Origin: an uncultured delta proteobacterium | GTDB taxonomy: Bacteria; Myxococcota_A; Polyangia; Polyangiales; Houyiibacteriaceae | Length of the DNA stretch: 64,000 nt | Assembly (NCBI GenBank): GCA_963699755.1 | Contig: CAVOVB010000001.1 | Coordinates: 352,001-416,000 of the forward strand | Direction of reading: 5' to 3' | In this document: in pieces, positions 28,769-39,130 of the stretch | Layout of the letters: each line of letters starts with the position of its first letter | How positions within the stretch are numbered: position 1 is the first letter of the stretch | Position numbers and translations under genes: made by a program | The notes under the pieces: model-generated | The model's database searches: none | What the model was told of the DNA's origin: nothing | Seen by the model: only the letters and a program-made list of their open reading frames with translations

Positions 28769-29503
28769 TCAACGCCCACGCCTTGCCGCTGCGACGCGCT
28801 TGGCGCCAAGCACCACCGCGTCCTTGAGATCCAAAGGTAGCGCCCTGCGAATGTTTTTCAGCGTGTCGGCGCGCAGGCGCCGCTTGGACAGCGCGTGGGC
28901 CTCCGAGTCGAGCGCCAAGAGCGCCGCAGCTTTCTCGTGTGCTTTCTCGAGTAGTTGATCCGCGCCTACTAGGTCGTCGACAAAACCAGCTTGCAGTGCC
29001 TGCTCGGGAGAGAACTCTTCGGACAAGGTCACGGCACGCTCACGCGCTGCAGGGTTCAGGCGCAATCGAAGCACCTCGCAGGCAACGCGCGGCATTGGAA
29101 GGCCAATCGCCACTTCGTTGGCAACGTAGGTGTACGGACCGGGAACGCCAAAGCGGTAGTCGCCCGACAACAACATGAACACGCCCATCGCGTACGCGTG
29201 ACCAGGTGATGCGATGACCACGGGCGTTGGAAACGACAAGAGGCGCGCGGTGAGCGCGTAACCTGCGCGCAACATCTTGACCGCCTGCACGCCGCCGGAC
29301 TTCATCACCTTGAGGTCGAACCCCGCCGAAAATACCCCTTCGCGCCCGGTGATCACCAGGGCTGCGCGCTCCTGCTCCGCGCGCTCGAGCGCCGCGTAGA
29401 TCTCGTCGAACATTGCCGGTGAGAGCGCGTTGCGTTTTCCGTCGTCCATCGTGAGCGTCGCGACCGAGTCATCGATGTCGAGTGTTGCCAATGAGCTTTT
29501 CAT
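28769..29503 (-). CDS. Crotonase/enoyl-CoA hydratase family protein
   Basis: MDDGKRNAL, FSAGFDL, GHAYAMG, NEVAIG. Confidence 0.9.
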   Translation of the reverse strand: MKSSLATLDIDDSVATLTMDDGKRNALSPAMFDEIYAALERAEQERAALVITGREGVFSAGFDLKVMKSGGVQAVKMLRAGYALTARLLSFPTPVVIASPGHAYAMGVFMLLSGDYRFGVPGPYTYVANEVAIGLPMPRVACEVLRLRLNPAARERAVTLSEEFSPEQALQAGFVDDLVGADQLLEKAHEKAAALLALDSEAHALSKRRLRADTLKNIRRALPLDLKDAVVLGAKRVAAARRGR

Positions 29504-29674
29504 GCGTTGACAGATAGCACTTGGCCGAGGGCCGCCAATTCGACGGCCGTACCGGCGCCCAAGGGGCGGCGCCGCGTGTTCACTTCTTTCTCGGGCACAC
29601 CCCTCAGGGAGTGTGTCACCGGTGGTGAGCTCGAAGAGCGTCGTCGACCACGGAGCGACTTCGGCCCGGCCGAG

Positions 29675-30048
29675 CTAGACAGCCGTGGCGACATGGAGTT
29701 GGACGACATCACCACGACGAATCACGCGGGTTTGAACGACGCTTGCGGTCCAGCCGCCATGGCCGAGCATGGCTGCAAAGCCGCCGCGGCCCAAGGTGTC
29801 TTCCATGCGGGCGCACGGGTCACAGCGGCCCGTCAGCAGGAGCCGGGTATCGCCGATTTCCGAATCTGCGCCTCGGGCGAGCTCGAGATTGAATCGACGG
29901 ACAGCCAAGCTTCTTTGCGTTTGTTCAATCGCCGATGATCGGCGTCTGGGCCGAGATCCCAGGCTTCCGCCTCCACGGTGGGCGCGAGATGCCGGGGCCG
30001 CACTTCGATGATCTCCACGTGCCCACGCTGCTTGCCGGCTTCGATCAC
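29675..30048 (-). pseudogene. MOSC-domain protein, frameshifted/deleted
   Basis: N-part GHVEIIEVRP overlaps the LysR stop; C-part IGDTRLLLTGRCDPCARME...GHGGWTASV...IRRGD is in another frame. Confidence 0.6.
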
Positions 30049-30923
30049 CGGATTGGATGAATCACTTCCCTGACGAGCAGGTTTGGAAAGCGCCGACTTT
30101 GTGTGATCGCGTAGAAGCTTTCCGTAATCTCAGGGATTCGGCACCGCTCGACGAGTATCCCGTCGCGAAGCTCATCGTGCACCACGACCGGTGGCACGAG
30201 CGCGAGGCAATCGCTGTCTCGGGCGAAGAGCCGGAGCATGGCCATGTCGTCGACCTCGGCGACGATCGTCGGTCGAATTCCCGCGAGCTCCAATAGCCGA
30301 TCGAACGCCACACGTACGTCGCTTTCGAGGCTCGGCACCAGGATCGGCATCGTTGCCAGGTCTTGTGGAAAGCGAAGCTTGGGCTGGTTCGGAGCGGGTG
30401 GACCGACGATGCTCACGGGTTGCGCTTGAAGCAAATGGCTATGCCAAGAGGATTTGGCGTCGCTTGCGACGGGTTGGTTGGACAGCACCAAGTCGATGGC
30501 GTGAGCCTCGAGCTGCGACAGGAGCTCTCGCATCGTGCCCGAGCGCACGACCAGCTCGACGTCGCCTCGATCGAGGAGCGGACGAAGTAGCGCGATCTGG
30601 AAGTTCCTCGACAACGTCGTGATGGCGCCGACACGCAGCGCCTTTCGCTCCGTTCCCGGCCTCTGCTGGAGGGTGCTCACCAACTCCTCGCCCGCGCGAA
30701 ACACCGTGTCCGCGTAGTCGAGGGCAATGCGTCCAGCCTCGGTCAGCTTGAGACCCCGCCCTTCACGCTCGAAGAGCGCGTGGCCGAGTTGGTCCTCGAG
30801 CTTCTTGACCTGAGTCGAGAGCGCGGACTGCGAGACATTGAAGCGCTCGGCCGCCTGCGTGAGCTTTCCCTCGTGAGCGACACCCCAGAAGTATCGGAGA
30901 TGGTGGTAGTTGAGCTGCGTCAT
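30045..30923 (-). CDS. LysR-family regulator (NhaR-like), divergent from dabBA
   Basis: LNYHHLRYFW, SQSALSTQVKKLE, LFEREGRGLKLTEAG, EVDDMAMLR. Confidence 0.92.
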   Translation of the reverse strand: MTQLNYHHLRYFWGVAHEGKLTQAAERFNVSQSALSTQVKKLEDQLGHALFEREGRGLKLTEAGRIALDYADTVFRAGEELVSTLQQRPGTERKALRVGAITTLSRNFQIALLRPLLDRGDVELVVRSGTMRELLSQLEAHAIDLVLSNQPVASDAKSSWHSHLLQAQPVSIVGPPAPNQPKLRFPQDLATMPILVPSLESDVRVAFDRLLELAGIRPTIVAEVDDMAMLRLFARDSDCLALVPPVVVHDELRDGILVERCRIPEITESFYAITQSRRFPNLLVREVIHPIR

Positions 30924-30930
30924 GAGACTA

Positions 30931-30945
30931 TTCTAAAATAAAGAA
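30931..30945. promoter_or_regulatory. Putative LysR recognition site in AT-rich divergent promoter
   Basis: TTCTAAAATAAAGAA (TTC-N9-GAA, contains T-N11-A) 7 nt from the LysR start. Confidence 0.5.
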
Positions 30946-31022
30946 CGGTTTGTTTCAATCTTTGTATTTTACAGAACAAATGTCGGTCGCTAGATCCTCC
31001 CCTGTCTCTTATCGGAGGATTC

Positions 31023-32639
31023 ATGCCGACCTCAACCATCTCGATAATCACCCTTGCCCCGTTGGCCTTAGCCCTGGTCGGGGCAATCCCTTCACCCGCC
31101 GCCGACCGCCGGCCCCAGCTGATGGTGCAAATCGCGCGAGGCGCCACGGCTCTTGCCTTTGGGGCTGCCCTGATCGCGGCCACGGGCTTCTTCTTCGCCG
31201 AGACGGCGGTTTCGGCTCGGAGGCTCGTCTTCGACGTCGCAGGAGTCGGGCTCACCGTGTACTACGACGCACTCTCGGCAGTCATGTCGTTGCTCGTCTC
31301 GTTCGTCGGGATGATCGTGATCGGGTACAGCCGGAACTACCTCGCAGGGGACCAGGGGCAAGGTCGGTTCATCAGGTGGCTGTGCCTGACGCTTGCCGCG
31401 GTGTTGACGCTGATCGTCTCGGGCAATCTTCTGCAGTTCACCTTGGCCTGGGTGGCGAGTAGCCTGTGTCTGCATCAGCTCTTGATCTTCTACAGGCAGC
31501 GTCGAGCCGCTCGCCTCGCTGCACGCAAGAAGTTCGTTGCAAGCCGGCTTGGGGACCTCTGTCTGATTTCAGCGATGATCCTCGTCTACTCGCTCTTCGG
31601 GAGCCTCGATTTTGAAACGGTCTTCGAGGCGGCCGACGGGCTTCGGAGCTCGGCTTCGCTTCCCGTTTCGGTGCATGTGCTTGCCATGTTCCTCGTCATC
31701 GGTGCGATGCTCAAGTCGGCGCAATTTCCGTTTCACGGATGGCTGACCGAGGTCATGGAGACACCCACCCCGGTTTCCGCGCTTCTCCATGCGGGAATCA
31801 TCAACGCGGGCGGCTTTCTCATTCTACGGCTGAGCGACGTGATTTCACTTTCGGTGCCCGCCCTCGAGATGCTCGCGGTGGTTGGCGGATTCACGGCGCT
31901 CTTCGGCTCAGTCGTGATGCTGACGCAGACGAGCATCAAGGTTTCGCTCGCCTGGTCCACGATCGCACAGATGGGCTTCATGATGTTGCAATGCGGTCTG
32001 GGCGCGTTTTCCGCCGCCGCGCTCCACATCGTGGCGCATTCGCTCTACAAAGCGCATGCATTCCTCTCATCGGGTAGCGTCATCGACCTTTCGAGGGCTT
32101 CTTGGGTTGCCAAACCTCACGGCAAGCCGCACCCATGGCGTCTGGTCATCGCGCTCACGGGCGCGGTCGGCATCACCTGGGGGGTGAGCCTCGCGTTCGG
32201 CGCCTCCCTGACGCAAGCGCCCGGCATCTTCGCGCTCGGCGCGATCATGGTCATGGGCGTGACGCATCTGGTGGCCAATGCGATCGATGAACGCCCGAAC
32301 GCCTTTGTCATCGCCCGAGGCATCGGGCTAGCCGCTGGGGTCGCAGTCGCATACTTCGCCCTTCAACTCGGAGCCGAGCAGCTCATGACAGGAAGCCTAC
32401 CTTCGAAGCAGGCGCTCCGCGGTCCCTTTGATCTCGCCATCGTCGCGGTAGTGGTCGTCCTATTCGGCGCGGTGACAGTCCTACAGAACACGATGCCGTA
32501 TCGCATGTCCAATCCCCGATGGCAGGCGTTCTACGTTCACCTCTTCAACGGCCTCTACGTCAACGCAATCACCAACCGTCTCGTTCAGCGCTGGTGGCCG
32601 GTCGGCCCGGCCTCTGCCGCAAAGGGAGTTCATCCATGA
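31023..32639 (+). CDS. dabB: DabB (NuoL-like proton-conducting subunit of the DAB inorganic carbon pump)
   Basis: KSAQFPFHGWL, ETPTPVSALLHAGIINAGG, STIAQMGFM, HSLYKAHAFL; overlaps the DUF2309 gene. Confidence 0.88.
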   Translation: MPTSTISIITLAPLALALVGAIPSPAADRRPQLMVQIARGATALAFGAALIAATGFFFAETAVSARRLVFDVAGVGLTVYYDALSAVMSLLVSFVGMIVIGYSRNYLAGDQGQGRFIRWLCLTLAAVLTLIVSGNLLQFTLAWVASSLCLHQLLIFYRQRRAARLAARKKFVASRLGDLCLISAMILVYSLFGSLDFETVFEAADGLRSSASLPVSVHVLAMFLVIGAMLKSAQFPFHGWLTEVMETPTPVSALLHAGIINAGGFLILRLSDVISLSVPALEMLAVVGGFTALFGSVVMLTQTSIKVSLAWSTIAQMGFMMLQCGLGAFSAAALHIVAHSLYKAHAFLSSGSVIDLSRASWVAKPHGKPHPWRLVIALTGAVGITWGVSLAFGASLTQAPGIFALGAIMVMGVTHLVANAIDERPNAFVIARGIGLAAGVAVAYFALQLGAEQLMTGSLPSKQALRGPFDLAIVAVVVVLFGAVTVLQNTMPYRMSNPRWQAFYVHLFNGLYVNAITNRLVQRWWPVGPASAAKGVHP

Positions 32640-35182
32640 GTCAACCCATCGCCCAGGAGCTGTCGCAAGCGCAATCCATCGAAGCGGTCCTTCCGGTTTC
32701 TTCTCCAAACGATTCTCGGCCCGTGACACCGTATGCCCTCGACGCGGTGCTCAGCACCGCGCGCAGTCGAATCGCGCCCCTCTGGCCTCTCCAACACTTC
32801 GTCGCGGTGAATCCGTTCCTCGGTCTGTCGAGCGAGCGCTTCGAGGAGGCCTGCGCCACCATGCGACGGGTCGCGGGTGCGGACATGCTCATGTCGCGCG
32901 CCTACTATCGAACGCTCCTAGCAGAAGGTCGGATCACCAAGCGAGACCTCGCGGGCGCTCTTCGCAGGGCGGAATCAATTCCGGGAGCCCCGAAGGATCT
33001 CGCAGAGCTCGGTCGCGCAATCGAAGTCGACCCGGGCTCGTGCGACCCGATCGCGTGCACCGTGGCCGATGTCGTCGCCCATGTGCATGGCCACGTGGCC
33101 TCGGCTTCCGTCGTCGAGGAGATCTCGAAATGGTGCGCGGCGTACTGGGACGAGGGACAGGCCGCATGGCGCATGCCTTGGCGAAGCCTACCCCTCTACT
33201 CGGCATGGCGCGCCGCATCCGGTCTCGACCGGACCCCCGAGGTGATCGGTTTCCACGGCTTCCGCGATGCGATCGCAGCGCTCCCAGACGACCCGATCGA
33301 TACGATCGAGACCATCCTGGAAACGTTGGGGGTCTCCGGTCCTGCGCTCGACCTCTACCTTCATCGAGCGCTCTTCAGCGTCCGGGGCTGGGTCGCGTAC
33401 GCCCGATATCTCGGTTGGAGCCAGGAGCTCGATGGCGAAGCGGATGATGCCGTGAGCCAGCTCCTCGCGATTCGGCTCGCATGGGACTACGCGCTATTCA
33501 GACTCCATGAAGAAGGGCCCGTTGGTAGCGCATGGACGGCTGCCGTGCGCTCGATGGCCGACTCGGCCAGAGCGGGGGCGCCGCCCGATCGTGACCTGCT
33601 GATCGACGGGATTCTCCAGACCGCGTTCGAGCTCTCGTTTCAGCGTGACTTGGTCGAGAAGCTTGCGGCTGCGCCCGCGGCCCCAGCCGTCACCTTGATG
33701 CGCGCACCGGTGCAGGCTGCCTTTTGCATCGATGTGCGGTCCGAAGTCTTTCGACGCGCGCTCGAGGCAGCGGCACCGGCGGTTCAAACGATAGGATTCG
33801 CCGGCTTCTTCGGATTCCCCATCGAATACGTGCCCATCGGACGGCAGAGCGGAACCGCGCAGTGCCCCGTTCTTCTGAAGCCGAAGTTCGTCGTTTGTGA
33901 GGAAGTGGCCGAAGCCGACGAAGAGGAGAGAACCGAGATCCTCGGCCTCCGTTTGCTCCGTCGCCGCGCCGCCAAGGCATGGAAGTCGTTCAAGAGCTCG
34001 GCGGTCTCCTCGTTCGTCTACGTCGAGACGGCGGGGCTCGCATTCGCGGCAAAGCTCGTCGGCGATGCCACCGGAATCACGCGCACCGTGACCCATCCGA
34101 GCGCCGACGGGCTCGATCCCAAAGTCGTCTCGCGCATCGGACCGGAAATCGAACCGGGCACCCTTGCGGGGCGCGCGACAGGGTTGACCGAGAGCCAGCG
34201 CATCGAAACCGCAGCCGGCGTGCTCAAAGCGATGTCGTTGACCAATGGTTTTGCCCGACTCGTCGTGCTGGCGGGTCATGGAAGCACCACGGTGAACAAC
34301 CCCCACGCATCTGGTTACGACTGCGGCGCCTGCGGCGGCAACCCCGGCGGGGCGAACGCTCGAGTGGCCGCGTCGATCCTCAACGACCCTGCCGTCCGCG
34401 CTGGCCTTGCGGAACGTGGGATCGTCATTCCGGCCGATACCTGTTTCCTCGGATGCCTGCACGACACGACCACCGACGGGGTGACGATCTTCGATCGTCA
34501 TGAGATCCCATCCTCCCACGCTTCGGACCTCGAACGGCTGGAAACCTGGCTCACAGAGGCCTCTTCGCTCGCGCGCGCGGAACGGGCAGTGCTTCTCGAC
34601 GTCCCTGCGACCGTCGAGCTCGATACAGCGATCGTGAAGCGCAGTCGGGACTGGTCGCAGGTCCGACCGGAATGGGGTCTCGCCGGCAACGCCGCGTTCA
34701 TCGCCGCGCCGCGCGAACGCACGCGGGGCATCGACCTTGGAGGCCGAGTCTTCCTGCACGACTATCGCTGGCAACAAGACGATGGCTGGAACGTTCTCGA
34801 GTTGATTCTGACGGCCCCCATGGTGGTCGCGAGCTGGATCAATCTCCAGTACTACGGGTCCTCGGTGAACCAGGAAGCCTTCGGCTCTGGAAACAAGGTG
34901 CTCCACAACGTCGTCGGCACCCTCGGCGTTCTCGAGGGCAACGGGGGGGACCTCAAAGTAGGCCTCCCCTGGCAAACTCTGCACGACGGCGAACGTCTGG
35001 TTCACGAGCCCTTGCGCCTGAGCGTGTTCATCGAAGCTCCAAGCGATCAGATCGACGCGATCCTGAAGAAGCACGACGCCGTCCGCGAGCTCGTCGACAA
35101 TGGTTGGGTGCACTTGTTCGCGCTGACCCAGGGAGGCCGGTCCTGCCTTCGCCGTACAGGAGAGGGTCTGTGGGTGACCTAG
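32636..35182 (+). CDS. dabA: DabA (DUF2309, beta-carbonic-anhydrase-like subunit)
   Basis: PLWPLQHFVAVNP, FCIDVRSE, GHGS, NNPH...DCGACGG, RPEWGLAGN, HEPLRL. Confidence 0.92.
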   Translation: MSQPIAQELSQAQSIEAVLPVSSPNDSRPVTPYALDAVLSTARSRIAPLWPLQHFVAVNPFLGLSSERFEEACATMRRVAGADMLMSRAYYRTLLAEGRITKRDLAGALRRAESIPGAPKDLAELGRAIEVDPGSCDPIACTVADVVAHVHGHVASASVVEEISKWCAAYWDEGQAAWRMPWRSLPLYSAWRAASGLDRTPEVIGFHGFRDAIAALPDDPIDTIETILETLGVSGPALDLYLHRALFSVRGWVAYARYLGWSQELDGEADDAVSQLLAIRLAWDYALFRLHEEGPVGSAWTAAVRSMADSARAGAPPDRDLLIDGILQTAFELSFQRDLVEKLAAAPAAPAVTLMRAPVQAAFCIDVRSEVFRRALEAAAPAVQTIGFAGFFGFPIEYVPIGRQSGTAQCPVLLKPKFVVCEEVAEADEEERTEILGLRLLRRRAAKAWKSFKSSAVSSFVYVETAGLAFAAKLVGDATGITRTVTHPSADGLDPKVVSRIGPEIEPGTLAGRATGLTESQRIETAAGVLKAMSLTNGFARLVVLAGHGSTTVNNPHASGYDCGACGGNPGGANARVAASILNDPAVRAGLAERGIVIPADTCFLGCLHDTTTDGVTIFDRHEIPSSHASDLERLETWLTEASSLARAERAVLLDVPATVELDTAIVKRSRDWSQVRPEWGLAGNAAFIAAPRERTRGIDLGGRVFLHDYRWQQDDGWNVLELILTAPMVVASWINLQYYGSSVNQEAFGSGNKVLHNVVGTLGVLEGNGGDLKVGLPWQTLHDGERLVHEPLRLSVFIEAPSDQIDAILKKHDAVRELVDNGWVHLFALTQGGRSCLRRTGEGLWVT

Positions 35183-35746
35183 CGCAACTCGACGCAGAGT
35201 CGATCTTCGTCATTCGAGAAACCGCTGCCCAGCTCCAAGAATCTGCTTCGCGTCGACACGGGTAAGAAGTTCCGCGTGTGCCGATCTTGGCAGAGCTTTG
35301 TCACTGCCTTCTCCATACCATCTGGTAGACAGATGACGACTAGTTCGTAGAGAGATGGACGGTCGCAACCAGACTCTGATGCAGGCGACGGGCTCGGTTG
35401 CGGAGCAGGGTCACGATGTAACCTCCGTGCAGAAGATCGCCGTTCACCGAAGAGCGCCTCGACGCGACCATGCATGCGCTCAGCGAGTTTCTTCATCGAG
35501 TACCCGGACCGCGCTCGGCTGTTTCTGCGCAAGATCCTCGAAACGAACTTCTTCTTGCGATCGCCCCATGACTTCAAGGTGCGAAGCGACAGTCTTGCGT
35601 TTCGAGGCGCACAAACGCAAAGGTTGCGAGGCACTTAATTGTTTACTTGTCTGTATTTCTTTCTCATTTCGACCCCGCTCTGAGTGGCCATCGCAGCTGC
35701 CCAGTTGGCATGTGTTGTGCCCGTGTGGTTGCCAAGGGAGGTTCTG

Positions 35747-36294
35747 ATGGGCCGTCTATTTTGATGCGCGGTTTGCTCGGCTTTGGTGGCGCTTACGACT
35801 GGGTGCAATGAGGAGAACGCTGGAGCCGTTGGCATGGGCGGCACGGGAGCAACCGGTGGCGCTGGGGGGGAGCGACACCGTGATACTCTCCGTGATGACC
35901 AGCGAGGGCGAAGGCTTCGCGCCCATCGGGCCTCCGCTAGAAGGTGTCCGGCCCTGTGAGAGCGATACGGCGAACTGCGCAACGATCGACGCGGACGGCA
36001 CTCATCGCTTGGCATGGTCTCACCCGTGGAGTACGAACTACGGAACGCGTCATGAAGGGCCGCGAGTCCAGTTATCTCTCTCCGGAAAAGCCAGGACACA
36101 CCACTCCGGTAAAGCCGGGCCGATTCAGTGGTTTCGTCGAGCAAGCCACTGAGGAGTATCAAGTCGAGTATGGCGGGACCGCCACGAACTGCAGCGTCCA
36201 GATTGGGTGAACGGGGGATGCGCCAAGCCGGGTCAAGGTGCCCGTCAGGGCTGGGTACTTGAGTTTCGGCACCATGGTCTGTGACGAACCTTGA
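35747..36294 (+). pseudogene. Degenerate lipoprotein with Gly-rich linker
   Basis: GGAGG RBS; MGRLF*CAVCSALVALTTGC; frameshift in a G7 run near 35864-35870; second in-frame TGA at 36208; ends VKVPVRAGYLSFGTMVCDEP*. Confidence 0.55.
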
Positions 36295-36531
36295 CCTCTC
36301 TCGCGATCCTGTTCGGCCATCTCGGCGTCCGGCGTGCGAACCGCTGTTGCCATGGTCATATTCTTCCTCGCCTGGAGCTCAACGAGGAGCACGATGCCTC
36401 GGTGCTGGGGGCAGTGCTCGAAACGCCAGGAGGCGTGGCGGACGTTCGTGCTGGTCGAGATGGCCGCGAGCGTATAATCTCGTTTTCCGTTCCTCCTCGC
36501 TGAGCCACGGACAAAGCGCGGTCAGGTATTC

Positions 36532-37332
36532 ATGGAACCCAGCAAGCTAAGCGAGTACGACGACAGGCTAAACCAGTACCTGCGGCTCAATACGTTTCCG
36601 GTCGCGATCCGATTCCTGCGCAGCTGGGCCGATGTGCCCGCACGGGCAAAGCGTCCTGGCAAGGATTTGAACAATCGCTTCACCACTTGCCAGGCGATTG
36701 CGATGTCGCGTCGTTACGGCTGGGTGCTGGCGCTCGGACGGGAGGACAGCAGCTGCGTGCTTGGTGCAATGGCGCTTGGTCTCGAACGGCGCCTGCCTCA
36801 CTATGCCGAAGGCAATCTTTGTATCAACCTCTACACGGAAAATCTGCGCGCCGGACGCATCAGCGAAGAGAGCGTGCCGCGCTTTGCCGAGGGGGAGTAC
36901 GTAGGCGTGGTGACCGCTCCCTTGAACCGCGCATCGGGTACCCCAGATTCCATCGTCATCTACGGCAATGGTGCGCAGATCATGCGGCTCGGCCAAGCCT
37001 ACCTTTGGAAGCGCGGCGGCACGCTACGCAGCGAGTTCCGCGGCCGCATCGACTGCGCCGATCTCGCCATCGCTCCAGTGATCAAAGGCGAGCCGCAGAT
37101 GATCGTCCCCTGCAGTGGAGATCGGATCTTCGGGCAGGTCCAGGACCATGAAATAGCCTTTGGTTTTCCGTTCTCGTTGATGGGGGAGATCCTCGAAGGG
37201 CTCGAGGCGACACACAAGGCTGGCACCCGCTATCCAGTCACCAACTGGCTCAGCTACACCGGCGGGTTCCCACCCTCGTATGACGAGTACCGCAAGATGC
37301 TCGATGACGCCGGCCCACCCGAAAAGGACTGA
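36532..37332 (+). CDS. DUF169 family protein
   Basis: PVAIRF, CQAIAMSR, C..GA.ALG, PDSIVIYGNGAQIMRL, CAD, PCSGDR. Confidence 0.82.
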   Translation: MEPSKLSEYDDRLNQYLRLNTFPVAIRFLRSWADVPARAKRPGKDLNNRFTTCQAIAMSRRYGWVLALGREDSSCVLGAMALGLERRLPHYAEGNLCINLYTENLRAGRISEESVPRFAEGEYVGVVTAPLNRASGTPDSIVIYGNGAQIMRLGQAYLWKRGGTLRSEFRGRIDCADLAIAPVIKGEPQMIVPCSGDRIFGQVQDHEIAFGFPFSLMGEILEGLEATHKAGTRYPVTNWLSYTGGFPPSYDEYRKMLDDAGPPEKD

Positions 37333-37798
37333 CGAACGGTGGGGCTTTCGCGCCCTCCACAGAGGTCAGTTTGGGTACTTGATGAACGGCGTTCTGGGCT
37401 CGGCAACGCGGTCTTCGACGAACGGGTGCGCGGCAGCGACGTCCTCGGGATTTTCGATTCGATGGGTGACGTCTGGAGCTCCGATCTCCAGAAAGCCGCG
37501 TTCGAATCGTAGGTGATGCTAGCTCGTTGAGCGCATCGCGAATTCAAGCGCTCTGTCCGCGCGGGACGCCGGATGGCACAACCAGCCAGTACCGCGCAAT
37601 TCGATGGACCCAATCGGTTAAGAGAGCAAATGCCGCGATCATGGCGGCGAACATCTAGTGACGGAAAAGGTTGTGGGGAACGACACCGCTTGGACTGCGA
37701 GCTTCCTCCTTTCTACAGACCTTCCATCGATCGCTTGGCCGACTAACATCCCCTTCGAGCCTCCAGTCCCAACGATGCTAGATCAGCAAAGCGATCGC

Positions 37799-38713
37799 AT
37801 GAACATGAGCGCCGAACTGCCCGACCTGGACCTCGCCGTTCGCGTCGGATACGAGATCTCCTACGAGGCCGCGGCGGCGACGCCCGCGCTGGCGACACTC
37901 AAGCCCCGTGAGGATTCCTTTCAGGCCATACGGGAGGAAAGCATTTCTTTCCAGCCCGGATTGGAATGGACGGAGTTCGAAGACGACCACGAGAACACCG
38001 TCTATCGACTCGTCCTGGAACCCGGTCTGAACGTCCTACGTTACGACGCGATCGTGAACGTCCCCAGCCAACGCGAAGACTTCCTTTGGCTCGACGATCC
38101 GCATCCGCCCCACCTGCTGCCGGCCACCATCCTTCGCTACACGGCGCCGTCGCGCTATTGCGACTCCGACAAGCTCCTCGACTTTGCGTGGAACCATTTC
38201 GGGCACCTCCCCAACGGGCTCGAACGCATCCGCGGGATCTGCACGTGGCTCAACGCCAATATCGAGTATCGCACCGGATCGGGTCGCTCGGATCTGTCGG
38301 CCTGGGAAGTCATCGAGCGCCGCTACGGTGTCTGCCGGGATCTCGCTCATGCCGCTGTCGCCCTGTGCCGTGCGTTCAACCTCCCCGCCCGGTATGTGAG
38401 CGGCTTCGTGCCCGACATCGGGGTTTTAGACCCTGGGACGATCCAAGATTTTCATGCGTACTTCGAGGTCTACATGGGAGGCCGTTGGCAGGTTTTCGAC
38501 GCGCGATTTCTCGATCCCCGTATCGGCCGAATTCGGATCTGTGCTGGTTACGATGCCGTGAACTGCGCGGTGAGCACACTCTACGGCGCGGCCGCCCTCA
38601 CCGGGTTCTACGTTTGGTCCTACCAGGTCGATCCCGCCGAGGTGCGGGTCGGCGACCCCTTGGATCTCTCCAAACGCCTTTGCGGCACCCTCGAGATCCG
38701 TCACCACCGGTGA
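37799..38713 (+). CDS. Transglutaminase-like family protein
   Basis: PSRYCDSD, GVCRDLAH, PARYVSG, DFHAYFEV, VFDA (Cys-His-Asp triad); start uncertain. Confidence 0.88.
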   Translation: MNMSAELPDLDLAVRVGYEISYEAAAATPALATLKPREDSFQAIREESISFQPGLEWTEFEDDHENTVYRLVLEPGLNVLRYDAIVNVPSQREDFLWLDDPHPPHLLPATILRYTAPSRYCDSDKLLDFAWNHFGHLPNGLERIRGICTWLNANIEYRTGSGRSDLSAWEVIERRYGVCRDLAHAAVALCRAFNLPARYVSGFVPDIGVLDPGTIQDFHAYFEVYMGGRWQVFDARFLDPRIGRIRICAGYDAVNCAVSTLYGAAALTGFYVWSYQVDPAEVRVGDPLDLSKRLCGTLEIRHHR

Positions 38714-38740
38714 GGAAGGGGGGAGATCGCTCACGCGAGC

Positions 38741-38947
38741 TTAGCTCAGGGGGCGACGCGAGCTTGCCCCGCCCAGCTTGTTCATCGCATTCCAAATCGA
38801 ATCGGGCTGATTCGGAATCGTCCCTACGCCACGGCCACGAGCCCGGCCGCATTTTCCTTCCGCCACCGTGATCGTGTCCGCGTGCACATCCGATTCCACG
38901 CACGTCCAGCTTGTTGCATGGCTCGACACGACCGACGCCCTTCGCAT
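38741..38947 (-). mobile_element. IS110-family transposase N-terminal remnant
   Basis: CVESDVHADTITVA...GTIPNQPDSIWNAMNKLG resembles the DEDD N-terminus (GLDVHxxTIxVA...GxIPN). Confidence 0.5.
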
Positions 38948-39130
38948 GTAGCTCTGCGCTACGGTCTTTTCCGATTCGGAGCGTACACTCCGGTCTGCGA
39001 TCGGAGTCGGTCGCTACATCCTGACTAGTACCGCGAAATTCGGCACTCCGCATGAGCCCATGGTCTAAGAGACTCGCATCATCGCGGCCTTCTTGCGGGG
39101 AGGAACGTACGGCGTATATGCCCCGGCCGG

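Noticed and set aside
31023..32639. Complex I nuoL or Mrp antiporter subunit
   Set aside because: No other nuo/mrp genes; coupling to DUF2309 identifies it as DabB
33494..35113. Long antisense ORFs (also 93..1097, 19385..20599, 39065..40363, 59458..60846, 6146..7486)
   Set aside because: Shadows of well-supported genes on the opposite strand, expected at high GC; no motifs
35179..35634. Minus-strand ORF after dabA as a transposase remnant
   Set aside because: No motif recognised with confidence
35762..36210. Alternative genetic code (TGA = Trp)
   Set aside because: Many intact genes here stop at TGA and use TGG for Trp; this locus also has frameshifts
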